NCBI GenBank assembly: GCA_027483645.1 | Contig: JAIXUD010000009.1 | Span: forward strand, 116,814-180,813 | Direction of reading: 5' to 3' | DNA length: 64,000 nucleotides | From: Sphingobacteriales bacterium | Lineage (GTDB): Bacteria > Bacteroidota > Bacteroidia > Chitinophagales > CAIOSU01 | In this document: piece by piece, positions 9,037 through 18,396 of the stretch | Position numbering within the stretch: position 1 is the stretch's first letter | Layout of the letters: each line of letters opens with the position of its first letter | Made by a program: the position numbers and the translations under genes | The notes under the pieces: model-generated | Seen by the model: only the letters and a program-made list of their open reading frames with translations | What the model was told of the DNA's origin: nothing | Database searches by the model: none

Positions 9037-12000
9037 TTACTTGCTCAACCACACGCGCATCAGCGAAAGCAACCTATCCACATCTATTGGTTTCGAGATA
9101 TAATCGTTCGCTCCGGCATCTATACATTTTTGGCGGTCGTCTTTCATCGCTTTCGCAGTAAGTGCCAGCACTGGTAAATTTTTATACTTTATTTGCGCCC
9201 TTATTCGCCTCATCGCTTCATATCCATCCATTTCAGGCATCATAATGTCCATCAATACTATCTGTACATCGGGGGTGTTTTCGAGCGCTTCCAAGGCTTT
9301 TAAGCCATTTTCCGCCTTAGTAACTTCCATACCTCGCTCTTTAAGCACCTTGCTTAGGGCAAATACATTGCGCATATCATCATCCACCACCAACACCTTC
9401 AGCCCTTGAAACACGTTATCCTTATCATACATGCTGGTTATCATATCGCGCTGTTGCTCAGGCAGCTTGTTTATGGTTCTGTGCAGAAACAAGGCCGTTT
9501 CATCTAGCAACCGCTCTTCCGATTTTACGCCTTTAATAATGATGCTTTCTGCATACCGTTCCAGCTCATCATTCTCAGCCCTTGATAGCTCCCTACCTGT
9601 GTATATTATGATGGGCGGGGTGCGGAAATGATCATTTTGCTCCAGTGTATGTATAAAATCGAAACCGCTCATATCGGGCAAGCCAAGGTCAAGCACGATA
9701 CAATCTATTTCGCCATTCTCCAAAATCCTAAGGCCCTCTTCTCCCGATCCGGCTTCCATACACTTTACATCACCGTTGCCAATCAGCTTGCAAATTACCC
9801 GCCTTGCGTTCGGGTCATCCTCTATTATTAGCAGGTTTTTCATTTTGCGGTTAATGAAGTTCTCCATGCGCGCAAAAGCCTCTTCCAGTTGAGCCTTATC
9901 AATAGGTTTGGTCAGGTATTCTACGGCCCCTTCTTTTATGGGGGCTATGGTACGTTCGTTGCCCGACATTATATGTACCGGAACGTGTCTTGTGCTCGGG
10001 TTTGCCTTCAACTCCGCCAATACCCGGTTACCGTCCATCCCCGGTAGGTCAATATCCAGAATAATGGCTTGGGGCTTATACCTTTCAGCCAGCACCAATC
10101 CATCTTCACCTGTGGCGGCTGATATTACTTTGAAGCCTTTTTGCCGTGCTTGGCGGGCTACTACCTTGGCAAAGTTGATGTCGTCTTCAATAATGAGAAT
10201 AAACTTATCACCCTCGGCCAAGTCATTACGATCATCTTCAATACTCGGATAATTTAGGAACTCCTCACTTTTTACAAATACCTTTATAGGTGCCGGTTTG
10301 GCTATTTCTTCGTGCTGATACTGCGGTACTGGCGGCTTAACCGGTAGCAACAACTTAAAGGTAGCGCCCTTGCCCGCTTGGCTCAGCACCGTTATCTCCC
10401 CTCCAAGCAATTCGGCCAGCTTGCGCGATATTGAGAGGCCCAAACCCGTGCCACCATATCTGCGGGCGGTGCCGCCCTCAGCCTGTTGGAATGCCTCAAA
10501 AATCCATCCCTGTTTTTCAATCGGTATGCCTATGCCAGTATCACTAACGCTTATTGCTATATGATCAATGCCTTCCCTATGGATACTGAGGGTTACATTT
10601 CCATGCTCGGTAAACTTGATGGCATTGCTCAGCAGGTTCTTTACAATTTGGTCAATGCGCTGGGTATCAGTACTTAAAGTGTTTGGCAAGTTGTCACCCA
10701 GGCTCACTACAAGTTGCAACGCCTTTGCATCGGTCTGGTGGCGGAAGTTTTTGTATACCTGTTGAGACCAGTTTTTGAGGTTCAGGTCTTCTAGGTTCAA
10801 GGTCATTTTACCAGCTTCAATTTTGCTCAGGTCCAGCACTTCATTAATAAGGTTCAGCAAGTCAATGCCGCTTTTGTTTATTATCTCGGCACTTTCAACC
10901 TGGTCATCAGTAAGGTTTTTACCTTTGTTGTCGGCTAAGTCTTTACTCAAAATCAATAAGCTATTGAGGGGGGTGCGAAGCTCGTGGCTCATGTTCGCCA
11001 AAAACTCCGATTTGTATTGGCTACTCTGCTCAAGTTGGTTGCTCTTTTGCTCTACCGCATGGCGCGCCGCTTCCACCTCATTATTCTTGGCCTCTAGCAA
11101 CTGGGTTTGTTCTTCTAGCTCTTCATTGGTTACTTGTAGCTCTTCTTGTTGCTGCCGTAGGTTTTGGGTGTACTCCTCCAGCTCTTCGTTCAATTGGCGC
11201 AACTCTTCTTGCTGGCTTTGCAGCTCCTCACTTTGGCGCTGGGTTTCTTCAATCAAATGGAGTATACGCTTGCGCGAAAGTGCTGAGTTGAGGCTGATGG
11301 CAATGCTTTCCATGCTGTTCGCCACAAAATCATGCTCGGCAGTCGTAATTGGTTGCAGCCTACCTATCTCCAACACTCCTAATGTTTCACCTTCAAACAT
11401 AAAAGGAGCAACAACCACATTAGCTGGCACAGCGTCCACCAGTGCAGAACGCACTTTGATGTGAGCTGCTTCAACACCCTCCAGCAACTGAATCTTTTGG
11501 TCGGCGGCGGCTTGCCCTACGGCACCTTCGCCCATTACAATGGTTTTTGGCAACCCACTTTGCCCGGAAAGACCATATTGGCCCGATAACTCCAAGTCGC
11601 TACTTACATCCATCTTTAGGTAAATGGCACCTACCTGCGCCTCCAGATAATTTGTTAAGAATTTAATGGTGTTGCTGGCCAGCTCTTCAATACCTTGGTC
11701 GCCTCGCAACACTTCATTTAGTCGGTTTTGGCCGGTGGTAAGCCAGTTCTGCTTTTCGTTTTGCTCGGTGGTTTCGCGCAGCGATTGAGTCATGCCCTTT
11801 ATCGCATTCCCCAAAGTATCCTTTAATGAGCGGGGCTGGAAATCGGTATTGTAATTACCGGCAGCCACTAAACCGGCGTTCTCAGATACTTCGCTAAAAC
11901 TTTGAGCTATATCGGTAAGTGCCAGCGATACCTGATTTAGTTCATCTTTATGTTCATCATAAAAATCTTCTGCCACATGTTCTCGGCTGGCAATCTTTCG

Positions 12001-12663
12001 AGCTACCAATGAAATAACCGCTATTCGGGTGGATATGCTTTTAATAATCCAGAAGGCTATGCCCCCTGCAAAAATAAGTGCCCCAAGTATCAATATTATA
12101 ATAATTCGAACCGAATTGGCGTACTCTTCTTGGTTCACTACCCTATCTGCCTCCATATCAGCAGCGTTTCGAGCCACCAGCTCTTCAACCAAACTAGTAG
12201 CTGCTTGCCTTCCTTTAAGGCCGTCTAAAATCGATATCTGTGTCGCTTTTTCATAATTACCAGCTATTGAAAGGGCTATAATTTGGGTTAATGCTTTACG
12301 ATAATTGCCCCAAGTTACTCGGAAATCCTTAATCAACTTTCTTCCTTCAATCGTGGCAACTTCATCTAGTTCTATTAACATGGAATCAAGCGCTGCAATG
12401 TTAGCATCAATTACATTTTGATAAACCTCCCTACTTGCTGAGTCTTTAACGAGGATAATGTTCTTCTCATCCCTAGTTAAATTAAGCATGGTGATGGTTA
12501 TCTTGTTACACAGCAGCAACCTTTTGGAAGAGTTATCCACCATATTCACTAATCGCTCATTGCTATCTGCCAGCTTGGTGACGGTAAATAATGTGGCTGA
12601 AACCAAAATCAGGAATATAAAGGCAAACCCTAATAACAACTTTGCTCTAATCGTCAAATTCAT
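9037..12663 (-). CDS. Hybrid sensor histidine kinase: TM-bounded helical sensor (4HB_MCP-like), HAMP-like linker, GAF, E/Q-rich coiled coil, HisKA, HATPase_c and three receiver domains
   Basis: The H-box is MSHELRTPLN (His codon 10984-10986). The N-box is LLSNAIKFT, G1 DTGIGI and G2 GGTGLGLSIS. The three REC domains carry DIDLPGMDG, DLGLPDMSG and DIMMPEMDG. The N-terminus (MNLTIRAKLLLGFAFIFLIL...) plus a second TM (IIIILILGALIFAGGIAFWII) encloses a ~170-aa helical periplasmic region. Confidence 0.85.
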   Translation of the reverse strand: MNLTIRAKLLLGFAFIFLILVSATLFTVTKLADSNERLVNMVDNSSKRLLLCNKITITMLNLTRDEKNIILVKDSASREVYQNVIDANIAALDSMLIELDEVATIEGRKLIKDFRVTWGNYRKALTQIIALSIAGNYEKATQISILDGLKGRQAATSLVEELVARNAADMEADRVVNQEEYANSVRIIIILILGALIFAGGIAFWIIKSISTRIAVISLVARKIASREHVAEDFYDEHKDELNQVSLALTDIAQSFSEVSENAGLVAAGNYNTDFQPRSLKDTLGNAIKGMTQSLRETTEQNEKQNWLTTGQNRLNEVLRGDQGIEELASNTIKFLTNYLEAQVGAIYLKMDVSSDLELSGQYGLSGQSGLPKTIVMGEGAVGQAAADQKIQLLEGVEAAHIKVRSALVDAVPANVVVAPFMFEGETLGVLEIGRLQPITTAEHDFVANSMESIAISLNSALSRKRILHLIEETQRQSEELQSQQEELRQLNEELEEYTQNLRQQQEELQVTNEELEEQTQLLEAKNNEVEAARHAVEQKSNQLEQSSQYKSEFLANMSHELRTPLNSLLILSKDLADNKGKNLTDDQVESAEIINKSGIDLLNLINEVLDLSKIEAGKMTLNLEDLNLKNWSQQVYKNFRHQTDAKALQLVVSLGDNLPNTLSTDTQRIDQIVKNLLSNAIKFTEHGNVTLSIHREGIDHIAISVSDTGIGIPIEKQGWIFEAFQQAEGGTARRYGGTGLGLSISRKLAELLGGEITVLSQAGKGATFKLLLPVKPPVPQYQHEEIAKPAPIKVFVKSEEFLNYPSIEDDRNDLAEGDKFILIIEDDINFAKVVARQARQKGFKVISAATGEDGLVLAERYKPQAIILDIDLPGMDGNRVLAELKANPSTRHVPVHIMSGNERTIAPIKEGAVEYLTKPIDKAQLEEAFARMENFINRKMKNLLIIEDDPNARRVICKLIGNGDVKCMEAGSGEEGLRILENGEIDCIVLDLGLPDMSGFDFIHTLEQNDHFRTPPIIIYTGRELSRAENDELERYAESIIIKGVKSEERLLDETALFLHRTINKLPEQQRDMITSMYDKDNVFQGLKVLVVDDDMRNVFALSKVLKERGMEVTKAENGLKALEALENTPDVQIVLMDIMMPEMDGYEAMRRIRAQIKYKNLPVLALTAKAMKDDRQKCIDAGANDYISKPIDVDRLLSLMRVWLSK

Positions 12664-12679
12664 ATAGTATTATATTAAG

Positions 12680-13243
12680 CTATTCACTTAGCTGTATGAG
12701 TAAATCTACAATTTTTTCTATAGAAAGTACATGTGTAGTTTTCGTTGCTGCAATGGCATATTTCGGCATCGTTGCAGCCTCAGCCGTTTCAGGGTCTTGT
12801 ACTACTGGCAACCCACCACAATCTTGTATATTTTTAAGCCCCTGTGCCCCATCATGGTTGGCTCCAGTAAGCACTATCCCAATTAGCTGGTGCCTGAAAG
12901 CATCGGCTGCCGAATCGAACAACACATCTACCGAAGGGCGCGCATAATTAACCTTAGCATCAGCCGACAAAGAAAAGGTGCGATTTTTCTCTATAAGTAA
13001 ATGGTAATTTGCTGGGGCCACGTATACATAGCCCGGCAAGGCCAACTCTTTTTCCTCGGCCTCCTTTACAGTGAGGGCGGTCATATTATTGAGCATAGAA
13101 ACCCATAAGCTATCAGAGGTGGCGCCAATATGCTGCACCACTATTATGGGCAAAGGAAAACTGGCAGGCAAAGGGCCCAATATTCGCTTCAAGGCAGAAA
13201 GCCCACCCATAGAAACGCCTATCACCACGGCCTCATAGTTCAT
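12680..13243 (-). CDS. cheB: CheB-type protein-glutamate methylesterase, catalytic domain only (no receiver)
   Basis: It has the GVSMGG serine motif, VVQH, and a GANHDGAQGL block. I prefer the ATG at 13243 (MNYEAVVIGVSMGG). The longer ORF to 13321 would overlap cheR by 56 nt. Confidence 0.8.
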   Translation of the reverse strand: MNYEAVVIGVSMGGLSALKRILGPLPASFPLPIIVVQHIGATSDSLWVSMLNNMTALTVKEAEEKELALPGYVYVAPANYHLLIEKNRTFSLSADAKVNYARPSVDVLFDSAADAFRHQLIGIVLTGANHDGAQGLKNIQDCGGLPVVQDPETAEAATMPKYAIAATKTTHVLSIEKIVDLLIQLSE

Positions 13244-13265
13244 ACACAATCCTTGTTTTGCTATG

Positions 13266-14087
13266 CTAATACCTCTTCTTAAAAATTCGCTGTTTCTTGT
13301 CAATTTCAGTATACTTTTCATGCACGTCGCCCACCCTAATCCCTTCTTTAGAGCCGAGGCACAGTATACCGCCAGTTATCAAACTATCATGAAACAGTTG
13401 GTGCACCTTAGTCTGCAAATCAACATTGAAGTAAATGAGTACATTACGGCAAAGCAACAAATGCACTTCAGCAAATACCCCATCCGTTACCAGATTGTGT
13501 TGCGCCCATACAATATTCCGCTTTAGCGATTGGTGCATAATAACACTATTGTACTGTGACGTATAGTATTTAGAGAAGTCTTCCTTGCCACCACCTTTAA
13601 GGTAGTTGCCGGTGTATTCTTTTATTTGCTCAATACTATAAATGCCATTTTTTGCTTGGTCGAGCGCGGTTTGGTTGAAATCAGTGGCATAAATGGTAGC
13701 CCGGTCATACAAGCCCTCCTCTTGCAACACTATGGCCATGGAGTATGCCTCTTGACCAGTTGAACAGCCGGCGTGCCATATTTTAATAAACGAATACGTT
13801 TTGAGCATTGGGATAACCTGGGTGCGCAATACGGAGTAGAAATCAGGGTCGCGGAACATTTCGGTTACGGTTATGGAAAGGTCCTGCAGAAGCATTGCTG
13901 CAAAGCCCGCATCTTTAATAGTGCGTTCTTGCAGCTCGGTAACTGTTTTAATGTGCGAGAGTGCCATACGGTGCTTTACCCGCCGCATCAAGTGCGCCTC
14001 CGAGTAGTCGCGGAAATCAAAACCGTATAGCTGGTAAACCGTATCCAGCAAGGGCCGTATCTCCATATCCGTAAACAAAACACCCAT
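13266..14087 (-). CDS. cheR: CheR-type protein-glutamate O-methyltransferase
   Basis: The N-terminal helical CheR_N pattern is GFDFRDYSEAHLMRRV. The SAM-binding block is IWHAGCSTGQEAYSMAI. A CRNVLIYF motif is also present. Confidence 0.85.
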   Translation of the reverse strand: MGVLFTDMEIRPLLDTVYQLYGFDFRDYSEAHLMRRVKHRMALSHIKTVTELQERTIKDAGFAAMLLQDLSITVTEMFRDPDFYSVLRTQVIPMLKTYSFIKIWHAGCSTGQEAYSMAIVLQEEGLYDRATIYATDFNQTALDQAKNGIYSIEQIKEYTGNYLKGGGKEDFSKYYTSQYNSVIMHQSLKRNIVWAQHNLVTDGVFAEVHLLLCRNVLIYFNVDLQTKVHQLFHDSLITGGILCLGSKEGIRVGDVHEKYTEIDKKQRIFKKRY

Positions 14088-14179
14088 ATTACACTTAATT
14101 GCTACAATGAAAATGCATTTTAAAAATTAACCTTTTTTTTGACAAAGTGCCGTTATAGGTAGGCTGATTATACCAAACC

Positions 14180-15712
14180 CTATACCACTAATCTCTTTTG
14201 GTAAATTTCTGCAAAAGGTTTCTTTTTTAAATGTGCCTGAGCCCAAATGCCGAAGTCAAAATAATTGAAAGCACGCTGTTCATTGGGCAGTTTTCGAAGT
14301 TCTTCCGTTCGTACTAAAAATGCACGGAACAAGGCATCGTGAATGTGCCGCTCTTCTACAAAGTTAATCTTTCGCAAAAATGTGATTACCTGCCGTTCTG
14401 TTTCAAATAGTTGCTGTCGCTGCTTTTGGTATCGGTATACCGACTCAACCAGCGATTCCAATAAGCGGTAGTGGCCTGCCTCGTAATGCACTATTAGGCT
14501 TAGCAACCTGGCGAAGCCTTGTATCTCTTGCACGGCACTTTGGTCGGTCTCGTTTATTATCCAAGCTAGCCTATCAAGCGCCTCGGTCCACCTACTGTTG
14601 CCGAACGATAGATAGGCCAATAGGTATTGAAACACAATTTGGTTGTGTAGCACTACTTGCCCAGTGTAGCGTTTCAGCCCCACATCAACCTCGGCAGCCA
14701 ACCTTTGTGCATCTTCAAACTTGCCTGATGCAAGCGCCAGGTTAAGCTCAAGTTGGTAACCCAGCCTAAAAACATTCACCTCCAAACGAGGAATTTTCTT
14801 AAAAGCTGCATCCACCGCCAAGCCCCTTAACTTCTTCAATCCATCCCTTACTTGCTCTTGGTGGCCGAGTATTTGGCTATCTACCAAATAGTTGTTGAGG
14901 ATAGAGAAGTACCGTTCGGCATAAGATTTTATCAGCCCGTTTTGCTCAATCAATTGCAACAAACGGCCATTGTATTCATACGCCTTAGCTGCATCACCTT
15001 TCATAAAGTGGGCTGTGGCAGTGGCATTCAGCACATCCATCTGCGTTCGCATTGGCAGCCCATCCAGCTTGGGCAATTGTACCAGCAAACTATCAATAAC
15101 TGCCACATCAGCCACCGACCGGCCGCCCACCTTGCGGTAGTGCAACATACTTATGCGCTCTGCCTGTTGCCTCACTTGGGCTGCTTGGTACATCTGCGTC
15201 AGTGCCTTTTCTTCTTCGTTGCCTAGCTGTTCTAATTGTTCTGGGGCAATGCCTTGGTAATATTGCTTACCCCACAGCTTGTGTACCAGCTTATAGTACT
15301 CTGGCCAAAGCTCCAGCAATTCCTCTTTCTCAATCAGCTTACGTTGCTTCTTTAGTTGCTTGTCTGCCTGGGCATATAGGCCTTTATTGAGCAATATTTC
15401 TGACTGGTGCAGTGCCATGCGCACCTGTTCTTTGGTATCTGTACCAGCATGGTACAAGTGCAGGGCTTGCAGTAGTTGGTGGTAGAGTTGTTGCTTGATT
15501 ACGGCAAAGTGCAGCGGGTTGCCGTGGGCGGCCCACTTAGCCTTTAGGCTAGCCTCATCATAAGCATCTTGTTGAAGTATTAAGTTGAACAGCAGCCAAT
15601 AGTTGTTGCCTTCGCCTATCACGTGGCGGCGCGAGTGCAATTGAAAAAACCGCTGCTCGGTGCCCGTAAGCGATTTTACCAATTCAAAAATTTCTTGAGA
15701 AGGGGCCCGCAC
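14180..15712 (-). CDS. Hypothetical all-helical (TPR-like) cytoplasmic protein, 510 aa, GTG start
   Basis: It is a long uninterrupted ORF with no TM or signal peptide and repeated amphipathic helix pairs. It is co-oriented 92 nt upstream of cheR. I recognised no family. Confidence 0.6.
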   Translation of the reverse strand: MRAPSQEIFELVKSLTGTEQRFFQLHSRRHVIGEGNNYWLLFNLILQQDAYDEASLKAKWAAHGNPLHFAVIKQQLYHQLLQALHLYHAGTDTKEQVRMALHQSEILLNKGLYAQADKQLKKQRKLIEKEELLELWPEYYKLVHKLWGKQYYQGIAPEQLEQLGNEEEKALTQMYQAAQVRQQAERISMLHYRKVGGRSVADVAVIDSLLVQLPKLDGLPMRTQMDVLNATATAHFMKGDAAKAYEYNGRLLQLIEQNGLIKSYAERYFSILNNYLVDSQILGHQEQVRDGLKKLRGLAVDAAFKKIPRLEVNVFRLGYQLELNLALASGKFEDAQRLAAEVDVGLKRYTGQVVLHNQIVFQYLLAYLSFGNSRWTEALDRLAWIINETDQSAVQEIQGFARLLSLIVHYEAGHYRLLESLVESVYRYQKQRQQLFETERQVITFLRKINFVEERHIHDALFRAFLVRTEELRKLPNEQRAFNYFDFGIWAQAHLKKKPFAEIYQKRLVV

Positions 15713-15879
15713 AGACTTTTTATTTTATTCCTTAAAAAATACTCGTAAATTGATGCTGAATATATGAACTAGATTGTGAAAATCAAAATCAGACCTTTTA
15801 TTTAAGACAAAAAATTAGCTTGTGTGCTGGCAAAAGCAGTTGTTCTTTTGCATCAGTTAATTCCATTAAAACAACTACG

Positions 15880-18024
15880 ATGGCCACTTTCAAATATATC
15901 ATAGTCAGCTTAGGATTAGCCCTGCTTTCCCTAAGTGCCGTTGCCTCTACTACCGAGTGGCTTAACCTTACCAATAGCAACCACATAACTGCCATAGTAC
16001 AGCATGGGAATACCTTGTGGGTAGGCTCGCGAGGCGGCGGGTTGGCCAAAATAGACCTTGCCACCGGTAGTAAGACCTTTTATAATAAAGCCAACAGTGG
16101 GCTACCCAGCAACCAGATTGAAGCCATACAAGTAGACCAGCAAAACACCGTTTGGATTGGTACATACGACCAAGGTTTGGTGCGATTTGACGGTAGGCAA
16201 CTATGGGAAGTAATCAGCCATGACGGCACCGGCATATCCGTTCGCACGGATATATATGACATGAAGCTTGATGAAAACGGCGACCTATGGATTGGTACCT
16301 TGTTTAGTTTGCTCAAATATGACGGCAGCACTTTCACTGATTACCCTTTGCCTGGCTATACCGCCGCCTCGGCCATATTAGTATTGGCCCCTAATGATAT
16401 CTACATGGCATGGGGTGGTAATGGTGGTTTTGTATCACCATTAATGCACTTTGACGGCACCGAGGTTGATACAGTACCCGGTATGGGACTGGACGGCATA
16501 TACCAACTACACCTTGATGGGCAAGACAGAATTTGGGCTTGCTATAATGGCGGGATTGCTCTGAAAAATGGCAATAGCTGGACAAAATTTGACAGCACCA
16601 ACTCAGCCATTACCAACAAGCAGGCCCGTTCTTTGGTGGAATGGAACGGCACGCTAGCATTGGGTACTGATGATGGCATATTTACCTATAATGGCACAAC
16701 TTGGGTAACCAGCAATATCAGCCAAAAGAACATCAACAAACTGGCAGTAACCAACAATGGTGAACTATATGTGGGCACAATGGATGCTGGCCTTTTCAAA
16801 ACCAATGGAAACTTACTGCAACGGGTACAGGCTTCCAACTCCATGATACCTACCAATCAACTTTCTGGTGGTTTCAACAAGGGTGGCGAACTGGTATTTA
16901 GAAATAGCTTGGGTGCGAGTTTGATTACTTTTGCCAACGGCGTTTGGGGTGCAAATGGTTTCGCTGGTACTGCCAGCGGTAGCCCCGCAATGGTGCTGGC
17001 TCCAGATAATTCCATCTGGCTTTGCGATTACAACAACCTTTACCACCTTACCGGCAGCAACCTGCAAACATGGAAGCTGGCAGACTATGGTATCCCATCA
17101 GCGGGTATTAGTGCCATGGAGGTGAGCCCAAGCGGAACGGTTTATGTGGGCACCTATACACTAGGCTTTTTCACTTTCGATGGACTCACATTTAAGCGCT
17201 ATACCCGCGCCAACTCTACCCTATCGTCAGACCGTATCACCAGCTTTGCCTTCCCCAATGCGGCCATACTTATTGGCACCAATGTGGATGTTGCGCAGGG
17301 GGTTAACTATGGTGGTGGCATAGAAGTATTTAATGGCAACACGTTTAGCTTGATACACCCGGACAATAGCGACCTGCAATCGAAGTACATATCCGACATT
17401 ATACAGCACGGTGATAGCTTATGGATTGGCGGCGATGGCGGTTTCAGCCTTTTGCATAACGGGGTATATACCAACTACCTCTACAACAATGGCAGTGGCT
17501 GTCCGCTCACATTTATCAAGCACATGGCCATTAACAGCAAAGGAGAAGTATATGCCACGGGCTACAACATTGATTCGGAAGCGATTATGGTAAAGTGGGA
17601 TGGTAGTACCTTTGAGGTGTTTGATGCTAGCAACACCCCCATCACCGAGTTTGCTTTCAACCTCCACCACATGCTATTTGACGATTACGACAACCTTTGG
17701 CTGCTACACGGCAGCGGTGTGTTTATCTACAAAGAAGGCGGCATAACCAACGTTAATGAAGACTTGGCGAGTGGTATATTGTCGCCAAAGCAGGCTAATA
17801 CCGTAAAGCTTTATCCAAACCCAGTAACTACCAACTTTACCATACAAATACCGCAGGCAGGTGGCAACATTACCATCTTCAACATGATGGGTGCCAAAAT
17901 ATATGGTACCACAATCACAGAAACAGAGCTAACCATAGATGCCAGTGAATGGCCTAAAGGCATCTATCTATACCAAATACAGACCACAGTAGGCTTTGAA
18001 AGCGGGAAGTTTTTGGTGAGATAA
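15880..18024 (+). CDS. Secreted beta-propeller protein (two-component-regulator propeller type repeats) with T9SS C-terminal sorting domain
   Basis: I prefer the start at the ATG 15880 (MATFKYIIVSLGLALLSLSAVAS, a signal peptide). It has recurrent W(V/I)GT..GL..(F/Y)DG repeats. The C-terminus (KLYPNPVTTNFTIQ...GIYLYQIQTTVGFESGKFLV) fits the T9SS sorting-domain pattern. Confidence 0.8.
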   Translation: MATFKYIIVSLGLALLSLSAVASTTEWLNLTNSNHITAIVQHGNTLWVGSRGGGLAKIDLATGSKTFYNKANSGLPSNQIEAIQVDQQNTVWIGTYDQGLVRFDGRQLWEVISHDGTGISVRTDIYDMKLDENGDLWIGTLFSLLKYDGSTFTDYPLPGYTAASAILVLAPNDIYMAWGGNGGFVSPLMHFDGTEVDTVPGMGLDGIYQLHLDGQDRIWACYNGGIALKNGNSWTKFDSTNSAITNKQARSLVEWNGTLALGTDDGIFTYNGTTWVTSNISQKNINKLAVTNNGELYVGTMDAGLFKTNGNLLQRVQASNSMIPTNQLSGGFNKGGELVFRNSLGASLITFANGVWGANGFAGTASGSPAMVLAPDNSIWLCDYNNLYHLTGSNLQTWKLADYGIPSAGISAMEVSPSGTVYVGTYTLGFFTFDGLTFKRYTRANSTLSSDRITSFAFPNAAILIGTNVDVAQGVNYGGGIEVFNGNTFSLIHPDNSDLQSKYISDIIQHGDSLWIGGDGGFSLLHNGVYTNYLYNNGSGCPLTFIKHMAINSKGEVYATGYNIDSEAIMVKWDGSTFEVFDASNTPITEFAFNLHHMLFDDYDNLWLLHGSGVFIYKEGGITNVNEDLASGILSPKQANTVKLYPNPVTTNFTIQIPQAGGNITIFNMMGAKIYGTTITETELTIDASEWPKGIYLYQIQTTVGFESGKFLVR

Positions 18025-18165
18025 AGATTACCGCAACAAAGCAGCTTTCCCCGGTTGTCGCAAGTCGGATTGTCGGATCGTCGGGCATGCCCCCATTCAG
18101 CTTAGCTGGTGGGGGCTTGAGCATTCTAGCAGTATCAAGTAGTGAGCCTGCCTGCCGGTAGGCAG

Positions 18166-18396
18166 GTATCAAGTATCAAGTACTGCTGTTTATATTTCAG
18201 CGCGCTACCCTGTATTTCCGGAAACATGATACGTACGTAGGGCGGTGCCCTAAGCTAATATACAAGACCCCGTTGGGGAACCCATAATTCGGTACGTTTA
18301 CCTCGGTACTCCGCTTCAGGCATACGTCCGTATCATATTGGTTCAATAAGAAAAGGCCTTTAAGGATCTTATACTTGATACTTGATACTTGATACT
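18166..18396. repeat. Structured intergenic repeat (copy A) flanked by inverted heptamer arrays
   Basis: The left array is gtatcaagtatcaagtact (18166-18184). The right array is tacttga x3 (18372-18392), its reverse complement. The core at 18216-18296 shares ttccggaaa, agggcggtgccc, ccccgttgggg and cggtacg with 33341-33433. An internal stem pairs atgatacgtacg (18227-18238) with cgtccgtatcat (18325-18336). Confidence 0.75.

Noticed and set aside
10775-11464. 229-aa plus-strand ORF antisense to the hybrid kinase
   Set aside because: It is the mirror image of the E/Q/L heptad coiled coil. The translation is Ser/Cys/Leu/Trp low-complexity with no start context, and the kinase frame carries clear motifs.
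13244-13321. Longer CheB ORF start that would overlap cheR by 56 nt
   Set aside because: The extra 26 residues precede the conserved start of the methylesterase fold. The internal ATG at 13243 gives a 22-nt intergenic gap and a standard N-terminus.
15820-15879. Upstream alternative start of the propeller protein
   Set aside because: The ATG at 15880 is followed directly by a canonical signal peptide. The 20 upstream residues (Cys/Ser-rich) would bury it.
18369-18396. Heptamer tandem array, and the 135-bp repeats at 48815/49681, considered as possible CRISPR arrays
   Set aside because: There is no repeat-spacer periodicity. The heptamers are contiguous, and the 135-bp element has only two copies separated by a gene. 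No cas genes are present.
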